Below are positions 1 through 13,508 of a stretch of 64,000 nucleotides of DNA, piece by piece (the first letter of the stretch is position 1; every line of letters begins with the position of its first letter). Location: contig OZ025697.1 in assembly GCA_964019335.1 (NCBI GenBank), positions 124,001 to 188,000 of the forward strand. Reading direction: 5' to 3'. The notes under the pieces were generated by a model. That model did not search any database, was not told the DNA's origin, and saw only the letters and a list, made by a program, of their open reading frames with translations. The DNA is from Diplonema japonicum. Taxonomy: Eukaryota; Protista; Euglenozoa: Diplonemea. Position numbers and translations under genes: made by a program.

Positions 1-2595
1 TTCTAGAACCTCGGACGCCTCTGCTGGAGGCATGCTTCTGGATAGTTTTTGCGTCACCATCTTCATCCGCTTCTTTAAGATCGCGAGTAATGCATTCTGA
101 TTTTTTTTTTGGGGAGGAACATTTTTTTTTTTTTTTTTTTTTTTCGTGTTCGCATACTGCATCTTGGTCGTCGAGCCTGGCTTCTTTTCTCATCTTCTTG
201 ATATTGTGCTCCATGGTGTTGAGGATGTTTCTGCACGCAGAGCGGGTCCTGGTGATTTTGTTTTATTTTTTTCATTTTTTTAAAAAAAAATTGTCGCCAC
301 TTTGACATACTTCAAACTAGTGGATATGTCAGGCCTGTCTTCGGCAGCCTCTGTGAGGGCCTTGATGATCTCCCTCTTGGCACGCTTGCAGTGCGTGTCG
401 ACGGCATTGCTCACGTCTCGGTTGCAGATGGCTTTGATTCTTTTACACGTCTCGTCCTGTGCTCTGATGACGGCCAGGGACACATCGAAGGCGTTCTGCC
501 ACCTCCACTTCAACAGCCACTCTCTCATGCCTTGGTTCACTGCGATTGTTTCCTCGACTCTTGACGGGTTGAAGAGCTCTTTGATCCATTCAGCTTGGAT
601 TAATGTGTCGGTCCACGGCCGTTCAAGGTCCATGGGCATCTCTGTTGAACGCACGATCTCCTTCGTCATGTGCCTGATGCCTTGCCTGCGAAGCGTTCCC
701 AGCTTGTACTGGTTCACGAGTGATGCGCTCATTGACGAAAGGTATACTGCCTTCCCCTCCACTCGTTGTTTCTTGCACACCTCTTCGTCAGAACACGTCA
801 TGTCTTTCTTCTCAAACCACCCGTTCTTGTTGTATGGGTCCTCCATCTTAGTCCCGATCATGCGCCGCAGGTCAGAGTACTTCCCCACCTGCTCCCAGTT
901 AGTGTCGTATAGGATAGGGTTGGACCTTAGCTCGCGGAGGTCTTCGTTTTGTTCTTTGAGGAGGTTGTTCCACACGTCGTGCATGCGGCACTTCTTGCGC
1001 TCCTCGATCGCGTTCAGGCTGAAGTACTGCACAACGTACTGCGTGGTGACCCCGTTAACACACAGTGTCAGGATGCAAATCCCCGCCACGTGGAACACGA
1101 ACTTCTCCCGAACGAAAGGAACAGCTACCTTTTCGTCGGCTTGGATAATAAGCGCCAGTGCAAGGCCTACCGCACCTCGCAATCCACCCCATGTCACAAG
1201 ACAGAGGTTGGCCCAGTCTACCTTATACTTGAAAAGCCGCATCACAGGCCAAAATACAAGCAAACAGAAAAATCGGATAAAGTTAATACCCAGGTAGGTA
1301 ATGCACAGGTAGCCGACGTCCGTACCTGTTATCCCGTTGAAAGCTTGAATGTAGGCGATGAGCCCCGCGAGGATGAAGATCAGGGTGTTGGTGAGGTAGA
1401 CGACAACCTCCCAAAACTCGTGGAGGGTATGCGTCACCTCTGGGGAGATACAGTGCCGGTAGTACGACATGAAGCACCCGCAGGTCACAACCCCGAGCAC
1501 ACCGGACAGCTCGAAAAAAACCTCACACACGAAGAATGTGACGTATGCCGCAACAAACGTCATAGTGATCTCGACCATCGCGTCGTTAAAAACACGGTTC
1601 AGAAGAGCGACGGAGGCCATCCCGATTCCAATGCCTACTGCTGCACCGCCAACAGCGACCTTGAAAAGCTGTAAAACAATTGCACCGTACGATTTGTCCA
1701 ACGTGCACTCCAATGCGCAGAAACACTGGTCAGTACACGTGTCCCAGTCGGGCGGGCATGAGTTTGTTTGGATAGCTTCCACCAACACGTGGAAGAACAC
1801 GATGGCGGTCCCATCGTTGAACAGAGACTCACCTTCTATCATGGTTGAAATAACAGGCGACGCGCCCAACTCCTTCAGCAGCGCAACCACTGCCACGGGG
1901 TCAGTGGCTGAAAGAATCGTCCCGAAGAGCAAGCAAGCGTACCAGTTCCAGTCATAGCTCACAAACATGTACTTCGCCATGACCGCCGTTAACGTCGATG
2001 CAAGCATCAACCCAGGAACGGCAAGGAGTAAACAATGCCCCACAACCTTCTTAAAAACAGGGATTTCCATTGCAAACGCCGATTCAAAGATAAGAACCGG
2101 CAGGAAAATATGGAATATGAGATGGGGGTTGATGGAGTAGATGGCAACAGAGGCTTCCAAAGTCCATGTGGCCTTTGACAAAGCACCCCATCCTAAACCC
2201 ACAATGAACAGGACAACCGTGTAAGGGACAGGTGAGTCCTTGAAGAAATGGCGGATGATGGCTCCCAAGGCAAAACTTGAGAAGATTGTGATAATGACAT
2301 AGGGAACGTTGTGTTCTTCTTCGTGTGGCTTCCCGCTGCCTTCTATTTTTGCTATGTAGTCGATACACAGAATGGTGTGTGGATCTGTGTAGTATTCGCA
2401 GTTATGGTCGTACCACGTCAGCTTAGTCCAAGAGTACATTTCTAAGGGGCACATTGCTACCAAGCACTCCCCACAGGTGTTGTTCGTATCGTTGCCCCCG
2501 GATCCTGAGTCATCCACCACCACGTGCGGGTCGGGTGCTGTGCATTCTACCCGCAGCACCGCGGCTGCTAGCAATATTATTACCGCGCCTTTCAT
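1..2595 (-). CDS. CPA1 Na+/H+ exchanger, SOS1/SLC9C-like (3' end lies beyond the window)
   Basis: Signal peptide. Motifs FLPVLIFESA, ILSATDPVAVVALLKELG, IEGESLFNDG, WGGLRGAVGLALAL. Introns 249-310 and 97-157 (GTATG..CAG) restore the SOS1-like tail SLKTRSACRNILN...LKKRMK. Confidence 0.9.
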
Positions 2596-3012
2596 TTCTT
2601 TTTTTTTTTTCTTGTAAAGATAAAGGGGGGTTGGGGCCCCTCTTCCCCTTCCCTCACGCCCTCCTTTTTTTTTTTGTAGACAGATTTGTTGTTAGGATAA
2701 TAAAAGAGATGGAAAAAAGTGAAAAAAAAAGTGGGGGGGAAAAAAAAACAAAAAAAAAAAACGGAGGGGAAAAAAAGATTCACTATGATGGGGGGGGGGG
2801 AGAAGATGTTAGCAACAACCCCACCGAAAAAAAAAAATAAAAAAATGGGGGGAAATGAAGGGGGGGGATCAAAAAAAAAAAAACGGGGATCAAAAAAAAA
2901 ATGAAAGGTGGGGGAAAAAAAAATCTTAGAAAAAAAAAAGGGGGGGCTGGATAAAAAAAAAATGATGTAAGAGACACTGAGGGGGGGTGATGATTCTTTT
3001 GTCTTTCTACGC

Positions 3013-3988
3013 TCAGTGAAGGGCCCGCTGAGCCTGTTGAAGCGCCTCGCACAACGCAACAGACTCAAATGCAACATGAGACACGTCGCACATGTGCCGC
3101 GCAAGGTTGCTGATAACAGAGGTAAGGTAGAGTGTTTCAAGACGAGTGGGGTTATCTTCAATCTCACCAACACCAGCATTTTTGTTACGGCGGCACGTGT
3201 TGATGTACTTGTTCAGCTCGTAAAGGATCTGCTCAGTAGCCTCGTTCATCTTGGTAGCGCTGAGTGTTTGGTAAGCAGTCAGAACCATATCAGTGCTGAC
3301 AACATTGTTCTCAGTTATCCCCTTGTTGTATTCCTCGCTGGTACCGAGCTCCCACAGATATTCATCGATTAGGTGGCAGTTTCTGATCACCACGGGTACC
3401 TCGTGGAAAATGTCAGAGCTGGACACCCCATAGTTGTTCACAACGTTCTGAGAGAAGTCCGCCTTGTCCTGGTTGTCGGCAAACATTTTCATGAATTCGG
3501 GTTTGAGTCGGAGGGCCTTCAAGTGAAGCTTGCCCTGCAACGACTTCAAAGGGTCGAAAAGAAGACAGACGGAATGCTCTCCAAGGTCAGAGTGGTACAA
3601 ATACATCGTCTGGATGAACGTGTTAGAGAAATGCGACTCCTGCCAGGTAATGGTGTAGAACCCCACCACGAGCGTGTCCACATTCACATCACGAAGCTTT
3701 GCCTGGATTTTGCCTTGGTACTCCTCGTCTTCCGCTTCGGACTGTTTTTTTTTTTTTTAAAAGAAAGAAGAAAAAAAAAAAGGTGTCACACCTCTTCGTC
3801 CTCGGCCCTTGCAGGGAGAGGGAAGCTGTGAGTGATTTCGAGCGTCCTGCCGTTTCCAATCCCCATGCACTGACCGGACACCAGCTGCGGGCTGTACTCC
3901 TTCGCGTGCTGCAATATTTTCAAGACTACTGACCCGTCCACCTGTACGTTCTGGATGGGCTTGTCCTCATCGTCGTCCTTGCGGAGTT

Positions 3989-4027
<39 letters not shown>

Positions 4028-4088
4028 TAAGAACCCATACCGAGTAGTCAGCTGTCGCAAGTTTCAAGTCTGGGTAATCAGTCAACAT
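3013..4088 (-). CDS. EIF3H: Eukaryotic translation initiation factor 3 subunit H (MPN domain)
   Basis: VQVDGSVVLKILQH, LEITHSFPLP, LRDVNVDTLVVGFY, LLFDP..SLQG.L.LKALRL, FHEVPVVIRN. Introns 3990-4040 and 3742-3791 join the two ORFs. Confidence 0.88.
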
Positions 4089-5959
4089 TTTTTTTTAATA
4101 AAGATCTTCTTTTTTTCTTTCTCCTCTACTAATCCCCTTCCTTTTTTTTTGTTTTGTTTTTGTTTTGTTTTTTCCACCCCCCCCCCAAAAGTATTTTCAA
4201 AATAAAATAAAAAGTTCTTTTAACTTTTTCTGTTAATACAGCCTTTTTTTTTTTTTTTTTTCCTTCTCTTCTTTCTAAACCCTAGAAGGACGGGGAAACG
4301 CTTTCTTTTTAAATTTTTTTTTCGCTGAGGCATTTTGGTGTCAAGAGAAAAGGCCTAAGCCTTCGACAGAGCAACAATACTTTGAGACAAATCATATTCT
4401 CTATGAAGGAAGCAGCAGGCTGACCACCATCCTCCTGCGTCTCACTTTAAAGGTTAAAGGGCTTTAAGTAAGTTGTCCTGAATAAGGAACTTACCGGCCA
4501 AAGAGACAACAAGCCACACGCCACAACATCGTGGTTTTCTCCCGTCTTTCAAGGGTTAAAAGGAACCTAAACACAATAAGAAAAAGAGGGGGGGGGGGGG
4601 GGGGGGGGGCTGAAGGCATATTTGTGTCAGACAAGCTTTTTGAGGGGGGTTTTTCCCCCCCTCTTTTTTTTTAACCCCGACGCATTGAAGCGACCTCATT
4701 AAAAAAAAAAATTAAAAAAAAAATACAACTACCAACAATTTGTTTGTACAAAAGACTACAAGGTCTGCCATAATGTTTTGAGGTTTTCCTTGTAAAAGAA
4801 AGCCTCGATGGGGGAGAAAAACTTCGTCTGCACTGGTATGCCTAAAGGGGGGGGGGGGGGGTGGGAACAGAGCCAAGGTAGATCGAAGCATAGAAACATA
4901 TAACAAAAAAAAAGAAAGTTAAAAGAAACGCAAGGAGAGAGGGGAGGGGAGCGCGACTTTAAAAAAAATCTTCTTTCTCTTCCCCTCCTGTTTTCTTTTG
5001 ATGTTAAAAAGGTGACACTAGATAAGCCTCCTTACTCTCAAAGAAAAAAAAAGGGGGGGGGGAACTTCTTTCCTTTCCAGCATTTTGTCAAAGTCTGTCT
5101 CATCTTCTTTTCTTGAGGTCTATAAGGTAGTACTGTAGAGGGGGTGGGGGAACTAGACAGCTGTCACCAAAAGCCATTGGCCGATCGTCAGAAGGGGGAA
5201 AAAAAAAGAAAAAAAAACTCAAAGTACAGGACAAGCCCCCCGCTAGAGGGCCGCCCTATGGGAGGGGGGGGTCTATCTGTTAATACTCCCCCCCCAAAAA
5301 AAAAACTCTTGATGAAAACTGCGGTGTTTGAGATTAAAAAAAGGGTTCTTTCATTCTTTTTTTTTTAAAATTTCTGGCGGGGTACACCCGTTCGATGGAG
5401 GATCGATGGTTTTGCCTTTTTGTTCTTTTTTCTTTTTGGAAAATATCCCCCCCCCTTCTTTTTTAACAAAGACCATCACAAACACAACTTTTTTTTAAAA
5501 AAAAGAAGAAGAAAACTGCCTCGGTTTCCATGTTTTTCGAAGTCAAGTACAAAGTTCCATTGAAGTGACTGTAGTCCTTGGTCCGTTGTACACCGACAGC
5601 TTCTCGTTATCAGGTGAGGGAGGGGTTGAAGAAAAGAAAATCAGCCCAAGACAATTATATTGTCAAAACAAAAACAAAAAGAGGAAATCTTTTTTCTATT
5701 TTTTTTTAAAGTTTTTTTTTTTTTTTTTCTTCCCAGTCTTCTTCTTTTTCCCGTTTTCATTCCTATCAAAGGGCAACTTGGCAACTTGGGGGGGGGGGGG
5801 ATAAAAACGGACATAACCAAAGCTTGCATTTTCTTCGCCTGCCACGCGTGTTTTGTGCCGGGAGGGGGGCAGCTTATATTTAAGAGAAAAGAGAAAGAAG
5901 AAAAGAAAAAAAAAGGAGCCTCGACCTAGTCGGGAAAGAAGAGAAAAAAAGGAGGGGAA

Positions 5960-6325
5960 ATAAAGTCGGTTTGTGCCGGGGGTCGCATGGCCCTTAAAAA
6001 TGGCCATTTTTGCCATTTTTCAGTTTTTTTGGCTAAAGGCATTTTGGGCCCTTAAAACTCTAACCACCCCAAAAGTGCCCACAAATCACCCAAACCCCAT
6101 AGCCCTGGGGGTGTACCTTGCCGTAAAAAAAGGAAAATTAGCCCAACATATTTTACCCCCTCACCTTCCCTTTCATTTCATTTCTTCACAAAGCCCCCCT
6201 TAATTAGGTCCTCCCAAAAAAGAAATAGCTATTTATTGCCAACAAAAAAAAAAAAAAAAAAAAAAAAAAAGAGTCATTATTTAACTCGAGTTCCCGAATT
6301 TCTTTTGCACGAGGGGCCCGCAGAC
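5960..6325. mobile_element. Partial, decayed copy of the hairpin element at 26.9-27.4 kb (inverted)
   Basis: 6225-6323 matches the reverse complement of 27359-27435 (ctatttattgccaac..gagtcattatttaactcgagttcccgaattt..tgcacgagg.gcccgcag). The gcccttaaaa motif is also shared. Left boundary is approximate. Confidence 0.7.
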
Positions 6326-6502
6326 TAACAACAAATCAACCGGCATCTCTTCTTCTTTTTCTTTTTTTTTTTTTTTTTTCCTTTTTGTTATTATTGGTAC
6401 TAAACACGGTTCGGATTGGAAGAAAAATATATTCTTTAAAAAAAAGGGGGGGGCCTAAGCGAATAGGGAATTAAAAAAAAAAAAAAAAAAAAAGAGGATC
6501 TA

Positions 6503-9407
6503 TTACGTAATAACATGGAGCGAGTCACGCTGCTCAGCTCGCACAACCGGCCGAGGGGAAGCAGGGGATCTCCGCGAAGAAGCAGCCGCTCGAGAGGTAG
6601 TTGTTGCTGTTGGAAACAAATTGTTTCCAGACCGTGTTTTCTGAGGCAAAGGGACAAGGGGTGTAAGAGATGATGTTGATAAATTTTCCCTGCCAGGAGA
6701 CACAGCCCGCCGGCTCATCGGGCTCACAGAGGCCGACTCAGACGCAAGATAATCTTGTTCATCCCTCCAGTCCGCCACCGCCTGATCGACAAAACTATCG
6801 TCGTCCATTACTAACGATTTCAATTTCAACTTCATTTCGTCTATATCCTTAGAGGGCTGCTGTTGTTTCTTCTCGCCGCCTCCAATAGGCCGTCCTCGCA
6901 GATGTGCTAGCATTCTTTTAGATGTTTCTTTGTTTTTTTTCCAGGTGTCTGAATTCTGATACTCCTCTCGTCCCATAGGAGCCGCCTCCCTTGGGATGGC
7001 CGAGATGGTGACGGGTGGTGGTGGGGGTTGTTCTTCATCATCATCCCGTTCCAAGAGTGACGCCTCTCGTTTGCGCATTTCCCTGTCGCCTGCGTCCGGG
7101 AACACGGTTCCCGAAACATTGGACTTTCTCCTTGAGATACAGAATAGTATGGCGCACCCTACCAGTGCTGCTACGATCAGTGCCACGACAATGTACACTA
7201 TGAGGTCGTTGTTGTCATCTTCTGGTGGTGCTGCTGGCCCGTTGTCCGTTCCGTTCCCAGGTGTACCGTCCATTAGCTGTTCCGGGGTGCTTGCGTTCCC
7301 CGTGTCAGGACTGCGTGTCACCGGTAACGGAGCGTTTGTCGGCACCGCTGTGTTCGGGGCAGTTGTCAACGCTGTCGGCGTCGGTGTTGCAGGACAACTC
7401 AGCAGCTGGTTCACCGTGTACGACACCTTGTTTTTTGTGTGAAGTTAACATTATTATTTATTTCATCGGCGCATACCACAGGGCCCAAGGCACCGCCACT
7501 TTGTTGTGAGTACAGTGCGTTCAGTTTTTTACTGACAAACGGCATAGCGTATATCTTCTTCCCATCTGTGTACGCCAGCGAGTCCCCACCAGCCTGTGAG
7601 AGGGATAGTGTCGGGTCTTTTTTTTTCTTCTTCTTTTCTCTCCATACCAAAACAGTGAAAGCGGGTTGTGGTGTGCCTGATGCCGTTGCGTACTTCCAAG
7701 CGGGCAGGCCGTCAGCAACCACTTCGGGCTGCCCAGCAGTGTTGTCACGGCTGACCTTTAGAACACGCGACACGACTGCATTGCCGGCCGCGAAGTACAC
7801 GAACCCGACGCCCTCCTGCGACCAGGGATGGCCAATGCTGTCGATTTTCGAGATCTGGCTCACCACAGTTGGCACCGCACTGTAAGGTACGGAAGTGCCA
7901 GGGGCACTGCTGCGTATCAGTTGGTTGCTGACCTCTGCTGTGGTCAGCCATGTCACCCCACCGCTCACAGACAGCCCCCCTGCATTGGCGTATGAGTCGC
8001 TCCTGAAAATCACTTCCCACTCCTTGTCCAAGCACATCCCCGACACCCACTCGCACTCCCCATTGCAGGCTGTTTGTATCTTCTCCTTGCACAGATCCAC
8101 GAGCGTGTCCTTGATCACGAGATACTCTTGATTCCCAGTGCTGCTGTCGTGCACCACGTAGTACACCAGCCCTGCGGCAGCATCCAAGGCAATGCCCCTC
8201 TTTGGAAATCTTGGGTTCGGCTCCCGCCTGTGCAGCAGCTCTGGTGCTGTGGAGGTGGCGCTAAACGTGAATACCTGTGCGCGTTGCTAGGAAGGGGTAC
8301 ACATACCTCCGTGGCACAGGTCCATGCCACCAACCGTGAGCAAGGGTCGTAGGCCATGCCCTGTGGCTGATCGCCCATTGTGCAGGGCCTGAAGTTGTAC
8401 ACATTAACTGCAGCACTGGAGCCATCAGACGGCACCTGCCACAAACCGGAATCAGCAAGAAACATGATTGTGTCAGCCTGCGACACAGCTACAGGGGAAG
8501 GTGTCGACGGAACGGTTGTCGGCATGGCTGTAGGGACTGATGTAGACCCTGGTGTTAAGGTGGTGGGCATGGCTGTAGGTGCGGCAGTGTCACCAGGAGT
8601 CAGTGTCGGCGCAGTGGGCGTGGATGTAGGGACAGCAGTGGGAACGGAAGTTGCTCCAGGAGACAGTGTGGGAGCAGCGGTGGGCATGGCAGTGGGCACC
8701 GAGGTTGTCCCAGGAGTTAGTGTCGGCACTGCGGTGGGCGCAACAGTAGTTGAAGTTACTCCTGGCGTGAGCGTAGGCACTGCGGTAGCAGACGACACGG
8801 GGGTCGTCGTGGGTACAGCAGTGTCCCCAGGCGATAGTGTGGGCACAATCGTGGGTGCAGCGGTGTCAGGGGCCAATGTTGGCACGGTTGTGGGAACAGC
8901 AGTGTCCCCAGGGGCCAGCGTAGGCACAGTTGTGGGTACAGCAGTACCCCCAGGGGATAGTGTAGGCACAGTTGTGGGTACAGCAGTACCCCCAGGGGAT
9001 AGTGTAGGCACAGTTGTGGGTACAGCAGTGTCCCCAGGAGCTAGCGTAGACACACTGGGTGCAGCAGTGTCAGGGGCCAGCGTAGGTGCAATTGTGGGAG
9101 CTGCGGTATCCCCAGGAACGAGAGTGGGCACAGCAGTAGATGCGGACCCCGGCACCGCAGTGGCACCGGGAGTGAGAGTTGCAGGAGAAGAGGTAGCGCC
9201 AGGAGCCAGCGTAGGAACACCTGTAGGTTGGCCAGTAGGTGTTGCAGTAGGCATGTCAGTGGGCGCCACAGTAGGAACAGCAGTGGCCCCAGGAGTCAAA
9301 GTAGGTACGGATGTCGGGGTGGCTGTCGGTTCTGCCGTGGGGGCACTTCCCCCACTGAGCGCCACGAGGCAGACCAGCACTGCGACCATGCTGTGAGGAG
9401 CCCCCAT
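6503..9407 (-). CDS. Type I membrane protein: mucin-like Thr/Pro stalk, YWTD-like beta-propeller, TM helix, low-complexity tail
   Basis: Signal peptide and PT repeats. PQGMAYDP..RLVAWT and GIALDAAAGLVYY blades. TM LIVYIVVALIVAALVGCAILFCI. Introns 8275-8306, 7594-7647 and 7427-7476 join three ORFs in frame. Confidence 0.78.
8480..9340 (-). repeat. Coding tandem repeats TAVPTTVPTL(S/A)PG (mucin-like)
   Basis: Units of about 45 bp, near-identical at 8880-9040. Confidence 0.85.
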
Positions 9408-10090
9408 ACCCCCACTGTGTCATTATGGGGATGAGTATTGATTTAAAAAAACGTGAAAATAAGAAAACGGCACCCAAAAAAATAATTTGATTTTTTGGCC
9501 ATGGATAGTTGGAATGCTTTGAAGGAAGCAAGAGAAAAAAAAAATGAAAATCGGAAAAGTAAAATAAGAGAACAGCAAAGGAAAAAAAAGAAAAAGAAAC
9601 AGAAAAAAGTATAAAAAAAAAAACAAAAACATCCCCTTGTATTCCCTTTTTTACCTATGAAGAAGAAGAAGAAGCAGATAAAATAAAATAAAAATGAGAA
9701 GAGAGAGAAAAAAAAAAGAGGAAATGAAGAAGAAATTCGTGTTTTCTTTGTATGTGAGTTTTTTTTCTCTCTTTTTATTTTTCTTTCTTTCTTTCATTTT
9801 AATAAAAATTGTTTCCCTGATTTTCCTCTTTTTTCTCTCTCTCTTTTATTTCATAGTTGTCTCCTTATTCATTGGTTTACACGGAAAAAAAAAGAAAGAA
9901 AGAAAAAAAAACAAGTAATGAGGGAGGGGATGTTAATAACGACCCAACGATCAAACCAAAAAAAAAAAGAATGCCTCAAACGATGTCCATCGAAAACAAA
10001 AAAGAAAAAAAGGAAAAACAAGGGGGGGGGGAACCTGTATCTATTTTATCTTTCTTTCTTTTTTTTTTTTTTTTTTTTTTTTCTTTTTTT

Positions 10091-10168
10091 TTAAAGAGCC
10101 ACCTGGTGCAGTATTTCCTTCTTGTACGGGATTTTCACAAAGTCGCCATTCTGACAAGAGTGTTCGGG

Positions 10169-10227
<59 letters not shown>

Positions 10228-10844
10228 CATGTAAACACTGTGCGGCTTGACTTCCTCACCAGAACCATAGGCAACGGGAGTATAGGTCTTGCCATCTCTG
10301 CTTCCCTCAACTACAAGCTTAAGGGGTTGGAGACCATCTTCTACAGAGGAGCGCACTTCGACTCGCCACACCACCTCTGAGCTAGGCAAGTCGTAGCAGA
10401 GCCAGCTGTTGTCTTTTGATGCTTCAGGACCCTCCCAGTGGCCTAAGGGCTTGATGGTGTCGGCACCTTCGCCGAAGGAAGCGGCAGAGACACGCATTCT
10501 GTTGGCGGTGGTTGCGATGTTTACACCAGTGGCGTCGAACAGCTTAACATTGTGGACTCTCCACTGTTTTCCAACACCTTGTGGCCGCATTCTGATGTGC
10601 CTGAAGTTGCTGCGGACACTAAGCCATTTATGTGTCTGAAGGTCGAGCTTTGGAAGGGGCGGCAGTTCCTCTACGTCAACATGCACGGAGCTTGTTTTCA
10701 GCTCCTCCACCTCTTCCGTCTTTGTGTCCGCTTGTTGCTGTGCCGCGTCGTACTTTTTCTTCAGCTCTTCGTATGCCTGCGACCACTGCTGCAGTTTCGC
10801 CTTCATTGATGTCCCTTCCTCTATTCTCTTTTTTGCTAGCTCCT

Positions 10845-10885
<41 letters not shown>

Positions 10886-13508
10886 TGAAATTTTTGACAC
10901 GGGATACCTCAAGTTTCTTCTCGGTGTCCTGTCGTTCCGCTTCAGACTTTTCAAGCTTCTCTTTCATATCTGCTGTCTCTGCTTTTGCGGCATCACACTC
11001 GCTCTGGGCACCTTCCGCCTTCTCGCTGGCATTTGCTAGCTTTTTGTTTGCATCCTCCAGTTGTGAGATTTCAGTGTTCTTCTCGTTCAATAAATTGCTG
11101 GATGCCTCGGCAGCTTCGTCCAACTGTTGTTGTGCTGATGCGAGCTTCCCCTCTAGTTCCGTCACCTGCGCCTTGCGGTCCTCCTCAAGTGCTGCGACTT
11201 TTTCTTGAAGCTCCCCAACGTCGTTCTTCAGCCCCTCTTCTGTCAAAGCTGCTTCTTCAAGCTGCTGTGCTTTTGACGTGCGCTCTTCCTCGACTGCCTC
11301 TTTTTGTTCCTTCAGTGTCTTGATGTCAGACTCCGTCCCTGAGCATTGTTCCTTCAGCTGCTCGATCTCGGTTTCAAGTTCCCCAATCTTCCCATTGAGC
11401 TGCTGTTCCATAGTATCTTTTTCGTTATTCAGTGCAGACAGCTCTGCCTTGCCTTCGTCTGCTGAGCTTGCCATGGCTTCTGCTTGCTGTGCGGAGGAGT
11501 CGGTTAGCTCGGCTATCTTGCCGTCCAGTTCAGACATTTGGCTGCTTTGTTCCCGTGTTTTTGCTTCAAGCTCAGATATCTGATCTTCTTGTTCCTTGGC
11601 CTTCGTGCCCAGGGCTTCGTTTGCTTCTTTGAGTTCGGATATTTGGCTGCTTTGTTCCTCCACCTTGGACGCGTGTGTCTCATTGGTCCCAGTCAGCTCG
11701 GCTACCTTCTCCTCTAGTTCCCTGGACTTACTCTCGAGCTCCGACACCTGACTGTCCTGCTCGGTAGCCTTCGTTTTCATAACTTCCGTCAGTTCAGATA
11801 TCTTATCGTCCTGTTCCTTAACTTTAGCCTCTGCAGCTTCCTTTGCTTCAGTCAGCTCGGATATCCGGTTTTGCTGTTCCTTGGCTGCCGCCTCCGCGGC
11901 CTCCTTGGATGTTGTAAGTTCGGATATTTGGGTGTTTTGTTTCTCCGATGCTGCTTCAAGCGCTTCCTTAGCTTCTGTCAGTTCAGAAATCCTGGCGCCT
12001 TGCTCGCTTGCTGTGGCTCCGATGTCTTCGGTCATCTGAGAAATCTTGTCCTCCTGCGCCTTGACCTTCGCCTCTGCGGCTTCCTTGGCTGAAGAGAGTT
12101 CAGATATCTGGCTGTTTTGCTCCTCGGTCTTGGACTCGAGTGTTTCCTTGGCTTGTGCCAGCTCAGATATCTTGTTCTCATGCTCCTCTACTTGCGCCTT
12201 CATGGTTTCTTGTGCTTCTGTAAGTTCGGTCACTTGGTTGTTTTGCTCTTCTATTTTAGACTCGAGTGCTTCCTTGCTTTTGATTAGATCTGATATCTTT
12301 TCGCCTGCCTCAGCCGCGGCTGTCTCGGCAGCAGCTGCCTCCTTCTTATAATCATCATCACCCGCAGCCTTCTCGTCCTGCAGGGCAGCAAGGGTGCCCT
12401 CCAAACGTACGATAGTCGCCTCGAAGTCTTTCATCTTGTCCACCATTTCAGAGATCTCAGTGTCCTTCCCGTTCAATAAGCTGCTGGATGCCTCGGCAGC
12501 TTCGTCCAACTGTTGTTGTGCTGATGCGAGCTTCCCCTCTAGTTCCGTCACCTGCGCCTTGCGGTCCTCCTCAAGTGCTGTGACTTTTTCTTGAAGCTCC
12601 CCAACGTCGTTCTTCAGCCCCTCTTCTGTCAAAGCTGCTTCTTCAAGCTGCTGTGCTTTTGACGTGCGCTCTTCCTCGACTGCTTCCTTTTGTTCCTTCA
12701 GTGTCTTGATGTCAGACTCCGTCCCTGAGCATTGTTCCTTCAGCTGCTCGATCTCGGTTTCAAGTTCCCCAATCTTCCCATTGAGCTGCTGTTCCATAGT
12801 TTCTTTTTCGTTCTTGTGTTCGTCCGCCTGAGCCTCCAAGGCTGAGGTGAGCGATGCTAGTTTGCCGTTTTGCTCCGTGATGGTTTCCTGCTGTTGTTGT
12901 GAGGTTGCTTCCAGTGATTCAAGCTGCTGGGTGGTTTTCACACGTTGGGAGGCCCTGTCCTCGATGGTTTCGGCAAGCTTGTCCTCAATCTCTGTGAGCG
13001 CTTTTTCGAGTTCTTCTGATTGAGTGCGTTCTTCGTCCAGCTTCTGGTTGAGCGTCAGTATGGTTTCGTCACGGTTTGCAAGGTCTTGCTTCATAGAAGA
13101 GATGGCTTCGGAAAAGGTGTTGTCATATTCTGTTTCCTGTCTTTCTGTGTCGCCAAAGGTGAAGGTTGACATCTGTTTGTCAAGAGCGCTTGTGGGCGAT
13201 AGAACGGAAGATTCTGCTGGGTCTTCTCGTTCCTTAGAAACCCTCCTGTCGGTGTCGTTATCTGCGCTCTGTTTTTCCCCGATGATCTCGAGCAGTTTTG
13301 ACTCCAGGGAAATGCTTTTCGCCCTCTCCTTGTTCAAGTTGTCCTCCAACAGTTTGTGCATACCCTCGAATTTCTTCACTTGTTCCTTTGCTTCGGAAAG
13401 CTCTTTTTTCTGCTTCCCCAGCTTCGTGAAGTACGCCCCTTTCTCAGCCTCCACTTCTTGAAGCCTGCATTTCAGGGAGACTTGCTCCTCCGAGAGTTCG
13501 TTTGTCAT
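10091..13508 (-). CDS. Long acidic coiled-coil protein with a C-terminal beta-sandwich (discoidin/F5-8C-like) region
   Basis: E/K/Q heptads and 21-aa repeats (EQ..QISEL..AKEA). Intron 10843-10907 gives KKLE|ELAKKRIEEGTSMKAK. Intron 10151-10227 gives VYM|NGDFVKIPYKKEILHQVAL*. SWL.YDL....V..V..R...P....VEGS.DG..Y suggests the discoidin fold. Confidence 0.75.
11084..12812 (-). repeat. Near-identical intragenic duplication (~340 bp): 11084-11425 vs 12470-12812
   Basis: The segment NEK(E/D)TMEQQLNGKIGELE...DEAAEASS.LLN occurs twice with only a few substitutions. Confidence 0.9.
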
